In this document: in pieces, positions 40,054-52,560 of the stretch | Layout: the number at the start of each line of letters is the position of its first letter | How positions within the stretch are numbered: position 1 is the first letter of the stretch | DNA from: Lama guanicoe | Lineage: Eukaryota | Direction of reading: 5' to 3' | Length of the DNA: 64,000 bases | Assembly (NCBI GenBank): GCA_013239625.1 | Contig: MU055928.1 | Location: 2,606,499-2,670,498, forward strand | Program-made: the position numbers and the translations under genes | Notes under the pieces: model-generated | Database searches by the model: none | What the model was told of the DNA's origin: nothing | What the model saw: the letters and a program-made list of their open reading frames with translations, nothing else

Positions 40054-42289
40054 CATCTCTATATTTTTTAAGCTTTGCTCTCTTTATTGCCCTAAAGTAA
40101 ATTAGTCATCTCACTCACCAATGACCTGAATGTTTTTTAATTAGCTAATATGATAGAAAAAGTTTTTCAAGATAAATAGACATGTTTTTCCCTCACATTT
40201 ATCAGCCTCTGTGAAACAGTCCCAGATTTCACAATGCAGTTTTCAAATACCATTCATCACTAGAATGATTATATTAGTGTTTCCTAATTAATTATCTTAA
40301 GACCACATTTGTGGGACTATGTTAAAAGTAAGATCACCCTATAATTACCTCAGAAAATTAGCCCTTGAACAGAGTCCAAGGAAGATCTATATTTTATTGA
40401 ATTCTCTATAGCAAGAGCTCTTTCAGTGAGATTTCATCATGCGGATTTGTGGTTTGGAGCCAATAACTTGATTTTTTAAAACTGTATTCTATTTATTAGT
40501 ACTCTGCTTCATTTCAAGAGGATGTGAGGTGGCTATCAAAATATATATAATACAAAAGAATTCAGTGAGGAAACTGGGACAAATAAAAATATAAATAGAA
40601 AGGCTAGACAAAGCTAGAAGTGTATTTAGTGCACAAATGCAGATCCCTGCTATGCATTGCTAAATTTGCCAACAAGGGGGCAACTTAAAAAATAAGGAAT
40701 TGTTGGTAATGACAGCAAGAAGTATTCCTGCATGATAAAAACAAATTGTTTCCCATGAGGGCAGAGAACTGCAGTAGCATAGATCGTTGAAACCCACAGA
40801 TAAGCTTCAGAGCTAGATTTTGCCAACGACATGTGACTGGCATATAGGGAATGTTCAATAAGTATCTGATGATCAGATGGGATGCATAGGTGGATGGATG
40901 AAAGGAAAATGAAATATTTATTTAACAATCTTTTTGTGCAGAGCTTATGTGCTGTGGCATAAGAAATAGGGGAAATAGGATATGTAAATAAAGAACAATG
41001 GTGAAAGTGACAGGCGAGCTGAGGGAGTTATCATGGTGGGGGTGGCGCTCAAATATGGAAAAGACCTCCCTCCACTGGAAAGATTATAGAGAATGCAGCC
41101 CTTGTGTTGAGCCTTGCGGAATGGGCAGAATTTCTCCAGGTAGGAATGAGGGAGAGGCTTGCCAAGGGGAAGATTAGCATGAGTAAAATGTAGGCTGTGG
41201 CTGATAGCTGTCTTCTGACTAACAATTTGTACAGTGCCTCCTTCAAGGGAAAACAAGAAGCTCATTTGACAGGAGTGCATGATTTATATATAGAACTACA
41301 GCCAATATTGCTGAGAAAGCAGGTCAGGGCTCACGCACAGGTAGATGTGAATGTTGAAGTAAACTGGCTGGCTCTCCTTGGGTGGGGAGGCATTTAAGGA
41401 AATGAAACTATGAATCAGGGAAGGCTGGACTTTAAGCTGGGGCAGTGGCTTCATCTGCCAAAGGCAAGGAGCTAGTCAATCACATACACACTCAAAGCAG
41501 ACTTAATGTATTAAAGGGGGAAAAAATTGTCCATATCAAAGCAATGTATGATTCTTCCTTTGAGTCCTGTCTGATTTCATCAATAACATACAAGAAATAT
41601 GGTCATTTAACACGTGGACAGACGACACAGAGTTATTCGCAGCCCCTTTAAAATTTTCAGCAGTTAGTTTAAACAACCAAACCTAACAAGAGTTTATATC
41701 TATCTGATGTAAACAGTAAAACCTCAGCTCCAAGTTTTACTCAACTTAAGTGCAACCCATTTAAAACTAGTGAAAGGAATTGAATGACAGAATTAGGTGA
41801 AGTTCTAGTTCTTAGTAACAAACAAATATCTAACCAAATGTCCACATAACGCTCATGATGAGCCTGTTTAATAAACAGGAAAAAAATTGTTGAATTTAAT
41901 GATCCATGCTTCTCTAGAACCTGTGAATGGGTCAGGATACAAACCCAGTAATTACTGGGAAACAGAATACAAACTCCTTCAAAGAAATCCCTTATTCTCC
42001 TGAAAAGGGTTGATAAAGTTGTCCTCCTTTACATCCCTCTTGGAAGTCCACCTTACAAAGGTAGACCTCTTCTCCGCGTTACAGAGAAGCTACAAGAGCC
42101 TAAGGATCGGACTAAAACACTGGAGGAAATTGCTGTCCCCTTTTCCACCAGCTTTTACCAGGACCAAGATGTCAGTGGAAGCCCACTGAGGGTCAGACAC
42201 AGGTTTACCAATTCTGTATCTCAGATTAGAACGTCTTGTTGGGTGGAGATGTCAGAAATCAGGAAATGTGTCTGAAGCCACGGCTAGGG

Positions 42290-42900
42290 TCAACTCACCG
42301 AGCTCGGGCAGCGGTTAACAGTCCACTCCTGGGTTTCAGCCCTCGGGTCTGGGAGCACGGCCTTCATTTCTTACGCTGGCGGGGAGGGCAGAGCAAAGGA
42401 AACACATGCTCCAAATTCGCCTCATGGAACTCGCACTCCGTTTTCATGCCGTTTAGAACTCGACTTGTCAAGGAGGAGTTTTCTAGCCAGAATTTTCGCG
42501 CAGGCCCGGTTTCTCCTGCGTGCAGGCGCCTCCCTGATGCGGAGGACACACTTGTCCACAGGGCCCTCTGGGGTCCCTCGGAGAGAGCGGGGCGCCAACT
42601 GGCCCCCGTGGGGGCGCGGCCGTCCCAGAGCCAATCATTAAACAGCGCGCAGGCGCAGAAGCAGCCCACCCCCCCCAAGGCCGCCGCCCGCGGGACCCCG
42701 GGTGGATGCTGTTTCACCTGGGCGTTCACTCTCCATTTCTCAACGGTGATGAGTAGCAAAAAGCTCCTTTCGTGTACAAAACTGGTAGTCCTGTGTCTAC
42801 TTCTGTTTTCGCTAAGCTTTTAGAGGTGCGGCTGTTGTAATATTTTTCACCCTGAGGAGCAACCTCGTTTCCAAAATGCTTTCGACGTCTTGCCCGGCTT
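42290..42900. promoter_or_regulatory. CpG-rich, promoter-like island inside the SLC7A14 3'UTR
   Basis: Sharp local CpG/GC enrichment. Contains TTTTCGCGC (E2F-like, 42493-42501), AGCCAATCA (NF-Y, 42629-42637) and GCGCAGGCGCA (NRF1-like, 42647-42657). Confidence 0.55.
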
Positions 42901-43332
42901 CAGTGACTCAGGCATTGTTGTGAAATACCTAGGCGCTTGCCTTTTGCCAAAACTACTTCTCTAAGAAAATGTTTGGGGTTTTCGTTTGTTTGCTTGCTTT
43001 GCTTTTGTTTTTGTTTTTTAGGATTTAAGGCCCGAAAGGGATTAGCGGAAATTGTGAAGCCCATCAAAAGTGAACATGTATTTTGTAGTATCAACTAAAA
43101 TAGTATTAGAAATCATTAAACCGCATGCTTTGTGCATGGAGTTACAAAATTCACAAAGGGCTTTCACAAAGACAGCTTTGGGCTTAAAGTCTTCCGAAAG
43201 CGGGTAGCTGTAATTTCCTAATGTACAAGAACACTGCGTGCATTTTGGTATAATAAGGAAAGAAAATGGCTTTATATTAGAACTAGGAGACGGGCAGCCT
43301 GCATTTTTTTGTTAGGGACTCCCTCTGTGCTT

Positions 43333-43372
43333 TTTTCTTTTCTTTTCTTTTCTTTTCTTTTCTTTTCTTTTC
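43333..43372. repeat. (TTTTC)n microsatellite in the SLC7A14 3'UTR
   Basis: Direct reading of the sequence. Confidence 0.95.
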
Positions 43373-44123
43373 TTTCCTGTTTTCCTGACATTGGCATTGA
43401 TGACTGGCTAAAGGGAATTGTGGAAGTGCCGACTAGGAAGGACTGTGTTCATTCCGATATTGGGGTGAGGAGGCTGTTCCTTGCACATCTCCTATTGATT
43501 GATCTTGGCGGTTGCCGATGTTTTGTTTCCCACACTCACCTTAACACTCCGAAGGCTAGAATCTACCCTGGAAATCATAATCCCTCACTTTCCAAAGCAA
43601 AGGCACAGTTAATACTCCAATGGCGCATAAATACCTCAACTGTCTGGGCTGGTAGAAGGGGCTGCAGGTCTTTTAAAGAGCAGCTACAGTCCTCATCCCA
43701 TGTAGTCACACCATCTACAACAGGACTCACGTTCTAGCTTTTCTCACTGTGGAAAGGAAACGTTACTGTTTAATTCATATCCAAAGTTATAAATACAGCT
43801 TGTAAATTTTACTAACTTGTTTCACTTTTGTTTGGTCCTTGAGAAGTACAACTTGCTTTTTGCAAATGGTGATTTCTGGTGTTGTTCTCTGCTTTTTTTT
43901 TTTTTTCTCCTGGTATGAACTTGCTGTATTTGTTAAAGTTTGTTTGTCTTGTGGTTTCTAATTCCCATTGGTGCACTGTACAATGGGGTGTGTAGTGTCA
44001 TGGAGAAAGAAATAATATGCAGATATGTTATAAAGTGTGTTTTATTTTTAAATGACTGTGGTGTTGATAATATATTGATTTATCAAGAAACTAAGGGAAA
44101 ATTTACCAAAATGTGTATATTTT

Positions 44124-44129
44124 AATAAA
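44124..44129 (+). terminator. Putative polyadenylation signal of SLC7A14
   Basis: AATAAA preceded by tgtgtatatttt and followed by a GU-rich ttattgtgtg. Confidence 0.7.
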
Positions 44130-45553
44130 TGCATAAAGCTTTATTGTGTGCCTTTAAATTTTAAAGTGGGTTTATAAAGCAAGTCAGAAACAAAAGTGTC
44201 TTAATATAAAATATCCATAGTAATGTAAAGCTCTTACACAGGAAATGACCAAAAGGAAAAAAAGAAAAGGAGCTTTCCCGTATTTTGTTAACCTTAGCCA
44301 GTACCTGAAGTCTGCTACTTTCTTTCCATTCTAAAATGGAGATGAATAAGTGAATCTTGCCTTAAATGTTTCAATTATCCTTTGTAGAAAAGCCAGATAA
44401 ATGAGCTCATTTTTTTGAACTAATGGCATTATTGTGGAAAATTCGTTTTCAGAATAAAAATATTTTAAAAATTACAGCTAATGGACTATTAAAATTTAAA
44501 CTTGAAGAAAGTCAGTGCCATCTTACCTTTTTAAATTCACTTTACATCCATGAAGAAACTGAAAGTTCCATTTTAACAGACTCTTGGGAGACCAGGAAGT
44601 GGTTCTATCTCCCTCTCACTGTTTTCCTTCTAACAAGGTACAGGGCTCTACCTGGAACCCTGCTGACTACACTGCCTTGTGAAATCACCCCATCCCAGTA
44701 CGGACACCTAGTCACAGCCGCACACCGCTTCACCCTCAGCACCACAGAACATTCAACTCATTGCCTGCATTCGTTTTATGGACAAGCGGCAGGAAATTAC
44801 CTGCCTGTAGTCTCAAACCCAATTAATGACAGTAGCATTAACTTATTTTACTTTTTGAAGGCACCTGGAGAAAAGACAGAGGGGCATATCAGGGTTACGT
44901 ATTTTCCACACCAAGTGAGGTGCGAAGAACCTGCCATGTCTTTATTTCCTACAACTCCTCGATCTCCTTTGCAAAGGTCCACCCACATAAGTAGCAAGGG
45001 AGAGAAAAACAAACTTTGAATGTGTTCATTTGTGGAATCACAGTTGTCTTCCAGTTTGGTCTCTTTTTAGGTGATCAGATCTCTTTGGGATAAATCCTCT
45101 GTCTTTGGGATTTCCTCCCCTCCCCCTTGCTTCTCTCCGAAGTGGCATCTGGGAACAGAGCCTATATGAGCTCCTGCTGGGGAGGGGGGCCTGCCTATGA
45201 GAACCAGGGTGCTCTGGACTCTTAATGGATACTGCTGCAGAATGGCCACTGAATGGCTCCCTGGACAGGTGACCACTGAAAAAGGTTGTGCCCATGGTGA
45301 CATTCACTTCCAAAGTCCATAGGCCTGGCTTTTAACTCCATAAGAATTCCTGCACGTTGATGCTTCCCATATGGACTCCAGGCCTTGCTGGTCCACTTGA
45401 GGCCTCAGCACTTCTACATCAGAACCCCGTGCATCCCCCCAACCCCAGGGCCTGGGGAACCAGGAGCACCACCTGGGGCCCAAGTATCAGCCACCAGGAG
45501 CCTCACTAATGAGACACTCTCATCACTGGACTCTGCTCACTGAGGCTTACTGC

Positions 45554-45975
45554 CAGTGGCATGCGGCAGCCAGCTCATCAGAATGGTTGTCAGCTTTTCA
45601 TGACTTTTGGGAGTCAGCTGCTGAACACAACCATTATTAAAACTTAACTTCTATAAACTTAACTTCTTAAACTTGGTTATATTGGAAACAAAGGTAATGA
45701 ATACTCAGAAGTAACTATGTTACTACCTGTAACTGTTGTCTCTGCTCCTGAGGTTATTTACCACTGTTACATCTCTCTGGGGAAATGCTGCGTGATCATG
45801 TGCTATGACACATCTCTTCCCAACTCCGTGTTCAGTGAGTTTGCATTGGTGGCTTGAAATCAGTCATGGTGGGAGTATTTACACCATGCGAATTGCAAAA
45901 TGCTGCAAAATCAGGGTTGGTTGGTTGTTTTTTATGCCAGAGAGCTGTCTGTTAAACATTTATAAGCACACCACG
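45554..45975. mobile_element. MER63-like hAT element
   Basis: Ends cagtggcatgc...gccagctc and gttaaacatttataagcacaccac resemble MER63 termini. Confidence 0.6.
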
Positions 45976-46838
45976 GCTTATATCCCTTCCAGCTAAGTAT
46001 AACCATAACCCGATGTTTCCTGTTCTCACTCCTATCACATCCTCACCCACGGAGGGTGTAGGGGTAACCTGGACAAGTACTTTTCCCTCTCCCTCTTAGC
46101 TCTGTTCCTCCTCTCCCCGCCATCCAGCAGGACCAGCATGGGCTGACTTTCCACTTTCTTTCAGTCTAACAAGGATTCCCTTACATATTGTCTTCCTTCC
46201 TGGGGGCAGTAAGCCTTTTAATTTAATCTTACTGGCAGGAGGGTTGCCCATTTGCCTGTTTACGAACTGTCTCCAAGAAGAGTCACAGGACAGCCTGCAA
46301 CTGGGAGTTATCAGGATCAAAAATAATTGGATTACTGTTCCAAAATACAACCTCATCACATGGGTCTTGAAGTTAAAAAGTTGTTTAATAACAAGTACTG
46401 GTGACTATGTGGAGAAACTGGAACCCTTGTGCACTGTAAAATGATGCAGCCACTGTGGAAAACAACTTGGCAATTCCTCAAAAAATTAAAGATAGAACTA
46501 CCATATGATCCAGCAATTCCACTTCTAGGCATATATCCAAAAATACTGAAAACAGGGTCTCAGAGGTATTTATTCATAGCAGCATTATTCACCATGGCTA
46601 AAATATGGAAGGAACCCAAGTGTCCCATCAGTGAGTGGATAAAGAAAATGTGGTCTACACATACAACAGAATATTATTCAACCATAAAAAGGAATATAAT
46701 TTGACAACATGGATGAGTTTTGAGGACATTATGCTAAGTGAAATAAGCCAATCACAAAAAGACAAATACTATATGACTCCACTTACATACGGCACCTAAA
46801 ATAGTTAAAATCATAGACAGTAAGAATGGTGGTTTGGT

Positions 46839-46892
46839 GGCACAACATTATAAAATGACTATAACTCAATAAAAAATGTTATTTAAAAAAAA
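46839..46892 (+). mobile_element. ~54-bp L1 3'-terminal insertion with 17-bp TSD
   Basis: cacaacattataaaatgactataact matches the L1 tail near 47895-47920. TSD aagaatggtg(g/a)tttggt at 46822-46838 and 46893-46909. Confidence 0.85.
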
Positions 46893-46994
46893 AAGAATGG
46901 TGATTTGGTTGCCAAGGGCTGGGGGGGAGGGGCAAGTACAGAGATGTTTAATGGATATGGAGTTTCCATTCTGCAAGATGAAAAAAGTTTGGGA

Positions 46995-47943
46995 TTCTCC
47001 AAGGAAGAAATACAAATGATCAATAAGCACATGAAAAAATGCTCAATATCACTAATTATCAGAGAAATGCAAATCAAAACTATGATGAAGATCATCTCAC
47101 ACCAGTCAGAATGGCCATCATTCAAAAGTCCACAAATGACAAATGCTGGAGAGGCTGTGGAGAAAAGGGAACCTTCCTACACTGATGCTGGGAATGCAGT
47201 TTGGTGCAGCCACTGTGGAAAACAGTATGGAGATTCCTCAAAAGACTAGGAATAGACTTACCATATAACCCAGAAATCCCGTTCCTGGGCATATATCCAG
47301 AAGGAACCCTACTTCAAAAAGACACCTACACCTCAGTGTTCATAGCAGCACTATTTACAATAACCAAGACATGGAAACAGCCTAAATGTCCATCAATAGA
47401 TGACTGGATAAAGAAGATGTGGTATATTTATACAATGGAATACTATTCAGCCATAAAAAACCAACAATATAACGCCATTTGCAGCCACATGGATGTCCCT
47501 GGAGAATGTCATTCNNNNNNNNNNNNNNNNNNNNNNNNNNNNNNNNNNNNNNNNNNNNNNNNNNNNNNNNNNNNNNNNNNNNNNNNNNNNNNNNNCAATA
47601 GGGGATGAAAAAAAAAAAAAAAAAGAATATAAATACAAAACAGAAACAGACTCATAGACATAGAATACAAACTTGTGGTTGCCAAAGGGGCGGTGGGTGG
47701 GAAGGAACAGACTGGGATTTCAAAATTTGTAGATACTGACAGACATATGCAGAATAGATAAACAAGATTACACTGTATAGCACAGGGAAATATATACAAA
47801 ATCTTGTGGTAGCTCACAGCAAAAAAAAAATGTGACAATGAATATATGTATGTTCATGTATAACTGAAAAATTGTGCTGTATGTTGGAATTTGACACAAC
47901 ATTATAAAATGACTATAACTAAATAAAAGATGTTTTACAAAAA
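46995..47943 (+). mobile_element. Younger lineage-specific L1, 5'-truncated (ORF2 end plus 3'UTR), containing an assembly gap
   Basis: Translates to [29 protein letters not shown] and [31 protein letters not shown]...WKQPKCPSIDDWIKKMWYIYTMEYYSAIK. Imperfect flanking repeat aaaagtttg / aagagtttg. Confidence 0.9.
47515..47594. other. Assembly gap (80 N)
   Basis: Run of n characters inside the young L1. Confidence 1.
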
Positions 47944-50900
47944 GAGTTTGAGAGAGGATGGTGATGATGGCTGCACAACAATATAAATGAACTTAATACC
48001 ACTGAACTGTACTCTTAAAAATGACTAATACAGTAAATTTTATGTTATATATATATTCCCATATTTCTAAAAATTGACCCCCCAAAATTAAAAGATTATT
48101 CAGGGTATCAAAGCTGTTTTAGAGGCATCCTCTCCTTAGGCTGTAACTCAAAATCATTTTAAAAACTAAATATCCCATTTGAAGTTTAAGGAATCCCCAT
48201 ATGCCAAGCATTAAATTGACAGCTCTTCCATGTTTAATTTCTAACAATTAGCAGTTCACTGAGAGTCCTTTCTGTGGCAAGTTCCCTTCCTCTCCTTAGC
48301 CCACATGCATCTACCTGAGGATAGTTTCCTTCCATTCTCACAATGGCCTCAATCGAATCAGGAAAGACTCTAAACTATGAGGCTCAGAGAAAAAACTGCA
48401 TGCCCCCATTTCTGTGACCTAGAAATTTGAATTCTCCAAGCTTTTATTACAAATATGTGTAAGCCTGATGCTTACCCATCAGAGCCATTTAGAGTGTTTT
48501 CAGGAAGGAATGAGCCCTCTGGAAGTCAGTTAACTGGATGAGATAAGTACTGTGGCAGGCTTTCCTTCAGAGAAGGGAAATACAAATGATTTGTGACTCT
48601 AATTAACTTCAAACACAGCAACGGGAATACAATTTGGAACAGAATCCAAAGAGGAAATAGTCCATCCAAATTCAATTCTGGTGACTGGAAGACTGTAATT
48701 GAATTTCCTTCCTAGCGGAGACACTCCTCAGGGCAGGTGGGGAGGGGGAAGGGAGTTTCCTAGCAATGGGGTTTCCCTGTTCTACCAAGCTCTGTATCCA
48801 AAGCAGCCCCTTTAACGTATTGGAAATAAGTTCAAGGTGCAGATACAACGTCCTCAAATCTCACACGCAGGCTTGTCGATCTTGTGGTTAAGAAGATGAG
48901 GGTTGGGCTAACTAATCGTGGTGGAGAGGGTATGGGAAGATGTGCTGTGAGCCTTAAGGACCAGCAGAGGAAGGTCACTTCTGTCCTATCTGCTCCCTGA
49001 CACCCAAATACCTCCACTAGAAACAAAGTCCGGCATTCCTCAGTAAGAAAGATCTTTGAATGTCTTCACAATTAACTCCCCTTGGAAGAAGGAACATAGT
49101 GTCTTAACTTACTGACATTGAGATATGAATGACTGATACCAGTTCCTTCCCAGAAAGCAGGTTTTTACAAGTCATGAGAAAGTTATGAGGTCTCTGGGTG
49201 CCTGAGAGAGGGTTGGGGGACTCCAGGAGGGGAAATGGCACAGAAGGGAGAGGTCAGGGTCCCAAAGACACACTTGGCCCCATTCACTTTGCAACCTTGC
49301 CAAGAGTTAGATCTAAATATAGCAAGGGCAGAAGATGCCATAAACCAGCCCTGAGCTGATGCCCTCAAGATCGCTCTGAGGGGAGATATGGCTGGTGAGG
49401 TGCAAAGAGGGTTGGACAGTGGGGTGCAAGAGAGAAATCTGTATTCCAACCCTGGCTTTCCACAGGCTAGGTAAACCCGGGCTCTACGCTGGCTGTGTAA
49501 ACATGGGCAAACCTCTTCCCCTGTTTTCTCATCTGTAAACAAGAAGATGACCCGTGATTTCTAACTTTCCAGTGCACTGCCATGAGGGCAGTGAACACAT
49601 CTCTCCTGCTTCCTGCTGCACCTTGGCACCCATGAGATGCAGGAGGCATTCAATGAATATTTGTTGAAAGAATGGATGAACAGAAGTTAAGTCTTCTCTC
49701 ATCATCCAGAGGCCCTCCCTATACTTTTGCCAAAGTGGAAAACAATTTCAATCACTCTATTTAAAAATTCAACTGTTCACCTCCCTGACAGATTTCAGAT
49801 CCTTGGAATCCCTTTGAGAAATTGATCCTAAGAAAATAAACAATCAAAGATATGGTCAAACATTTATGCCAAAAAATGTCTCTATAATTACAGAGAAAAA
49901 AAAACCCTCAAAATGGAATTAATCTAATGTCCCAAACTGGAGGTTGTTTAAATAAATTACAGTGTAACTTTAGAACTCAACACTATACAGCCATATAAAA
50001 ATGTCTTCAAAGAATGTTTCATGACATGAGAATCTTCATTAATTATATTACATTTTTAAAGCCAGATGTAGAGATTATATATGTCTTTAGTTTAGAAAAT
50101 GCATATATTTGATATATGCACATAGAGAAATATTTAGGAGATTGTATAAATTATTAACCATTGTTACCTCTAAGAAGTCTGATTTGGGGTAGTTTTGCAT
50201 TTTCTTCTTCACACTTTTCTATTTTTTCCAAACGTTCTTCAAAATATATTTTACTTTTATTTTCAAAAATAAAATGTAATTAATGTTTATTTCCTACGAA
50301 ATATGGGCCCTTTAAATTATCTGTCATGTCCTAAATGGCAAACCAAGAAGGCACCCTGGCACCTCCCCACAAGCAATGACACAAATAATAGAATGTGCCC
50401 TCTCAAAGCCATACCACAGACTTTTCTCACTGCACTGGCGCTTACAAATTTAGGATTTTTATATTCCTTCTGCAAAAGGAATCCATGCTCAAGTGGAGTT
50501 TATAAGCTTGGATACTTGGCTTACATATGTATTGTTAAGTATTAAGTGCTAGTGTTAACTCATTCCAGATGACAAGAATGTTGAAAAGACATCACAATGC
50601 TAAAGGATTAATGAAGATATTTGTGTATTTAATTGCAAATATTCAGCTTAATCCTTCTACCGAGTAAAATATGTGCCAACATACATTCGTGTGGCCTTGG
50701 GGATACTGTCTGTCACACAGAATATGGTCAATAATTATTTGTTAAATCAGGTTAAACAATTTCACACAAACCTGCCAAAAATGTAATTATTTTCAAAATA
50801 TACATGTTGTTCATGATTTATAAATGAAATCCAACCTTCGCTAAGGTCATTCTGCTACTTAAAATCTCCAGTGGCTCCCACTGACCAACAGAATAAAGCC

Positions 50901-51619
50901 CTTCACAGCCTGCACCCCCTCCATCTCCCTGGTCTCATGTCTAACTCACCCCCAGGTGTCCAGTGTTTGGACCCAGCAGACTCCTCAGTGTTTCCTGGGC
51001 ACACTCTCCTGTTCCCTTGTGTATCTTTGAATGCCCTTCACCACTTCTTCACTCAGCAAACTCCCATTCATCCTTCCAGCTCGTCTCAAATGTATCTCCC
51101 CTCTGAATTTCCCGAATTTAACCTCTGCCCAATTCTCTCCTCCCCCACCACATGTTCCCCTAATATTCTTTTTTCTAATGTATGTAGCATTTTACATGTT
51201 GAATCCAATTGTTTATGTCTCTCTCCTGCTATAGATCAGAAGCCCCCAAAAAGAGTAAAAAGAAAATATTAGAAATATTTTAATCTAAAAATTAAGAAGA
51301 AAATTAAGCAGGATATCAATATAGCATTATATAATATTAACATATTATTAGATGTTAATAACAATATATTATAATACGTTGTTATTATAATATATTATAA
51401 TGTGTCATTTATATATTAACATACAGTATGTTTTGTGTGTTAAATCTGAAGCATAATTTGGTTTGTATTACACTATGAAGTTTACTATGGATGCTGTTGA
51501 GCCACATATTCAGCAGGCATCCCTCTGAGGGGCTACTGGGCATCTGGGTCTTCAAGCTCCTGGAGACAGAGCATCCTCTTCAATGAGGAGAGGTAAACGG
51601 CCCCACCCTCACCACCTTT

Positions 51620-52560
51620 GCTATTTCGTTTAAGTTGCAATGTTTTATATGGTACCAATACCCATTTAAGTGGATTTATAGATTGCATTATCTGTTTTTA
51701 TCAAACTAACCACACAAAAAGAGCTAGTCATTTTAAAAGATTCCTACAAAGAAATCCAAAAAACCGTCGCAGCAAAAATAATGAAGCCAAAAGGACAAAA
51801 GTTTGCTGTCTAGCAAGAATTTTCAATAAACACTGCTAATCTATGATCTTATAACAATTCATGAAAAAGCAACTATTTTTTGAAGAAAATTAGTGCAATG
51901 GAGAGATCATTTTGAAAACAGATGTTTGTTCACGTATGTGATTTTCTTACCAAAAATAATATGTATCAACTATAAAAAGTTCTACTGTACACATAGAAAA
52001 TTTTTCATTTTTAAATCTGATTAAGAAATTTTACAAAGAGTCTCTATGGATCTTGAAACAATTTTTTAGAAGTAAAAAAAAAATTGACCTGATTAGTTTG
52101 AAAAAACAACTGAAAGTCACCAAGGAAGTTGGAGAATTGCCAAATTTTAATACAAATCTTTGCAAAATTGGTGGAGGAGATTGACACCAGAGTATATTGA
52201 TTGAAGAAGGTAGTCAGTGATGGTTCTATGCATTTCTGTAAGGTACCTTTTTCCAGCCAAAGTAGCTATTAAAACCAAATAGTGAAATTAACTGAACTAA
52301 GAATCAGACTTCTGAATGTTTTTATCTCAGTGTTAAATAATGAAGTAGGTTCAAGCTCATTGCTCTCATGATTACATTATTACTAATATAAAGAGAAGAA
52401 AGAGTTTGTATCATTAAAAAATATGAAATAAAATTAAAATGTTATTTCATTTTCCCCATTCTTTTAATTTTTTGTACATTTTGTACTGCACATAATACAA
52501 TAATACCGTTACTCATCTATAGAGGTAAGTAAATAAACATACACAGGTATACCTAGAAAT
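51620..52560 (+). mobile_element. Decayed hAT-Charlie transposase remnant
   Basis: About 52225-52315 (gctattaaaaccaaatagtgaaattaactgaac...gactt) resembles the Charlie C-terminal 'AIKTKYRNKLN.E.DLR' motif. Multiple stops are present. Confidence 0.55.

Larger units (their letters stand above)
37654..44150 (+). other. SLC7A14: SLC7A14 long 3'UTR (~6.5 kb, end approximate)
   Basis: Follows the stop codon. Ends in a U/GU-rich block with TGTA elements and AATAAA at 44124. SLC7A14 mRNAs are known to have a long 3'UTR. Confidence 0.7.
46385..48070 (+). mobile_element. Old L1 (L1M-type) 3' end interrupted by two younger L1 insertions
   Basis: ORF2 C-terminal remnant ([32 protein letters not shown]). 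The 3'UTR resumes after 47944 (gatggtgatgatggctgcacaaca...ccactgaactgtac). Confidence 0.85.

Noticed and set aside
42236..42823. 195-aa (+) and 131-aa (-) ORFs over the CpG-rich block
   Set aside because: Non-ATG starts, and the length is explained by stop-codon scarcity in GC-rich DNA. No recognisable homology.
44735..44755. REST/RE1-like site (ctcagcaccacagaac)
   Set aside because: Only the left half-site matches, and the GGACAG right half is missing at the canonical spacing.
44423..45019. 198-aa ATG-initiated ORF just downstream of SLC7A14
   Set aside because: No recognisable domain, promoter or splice context, and the composition looks like translated non-coding DNA.
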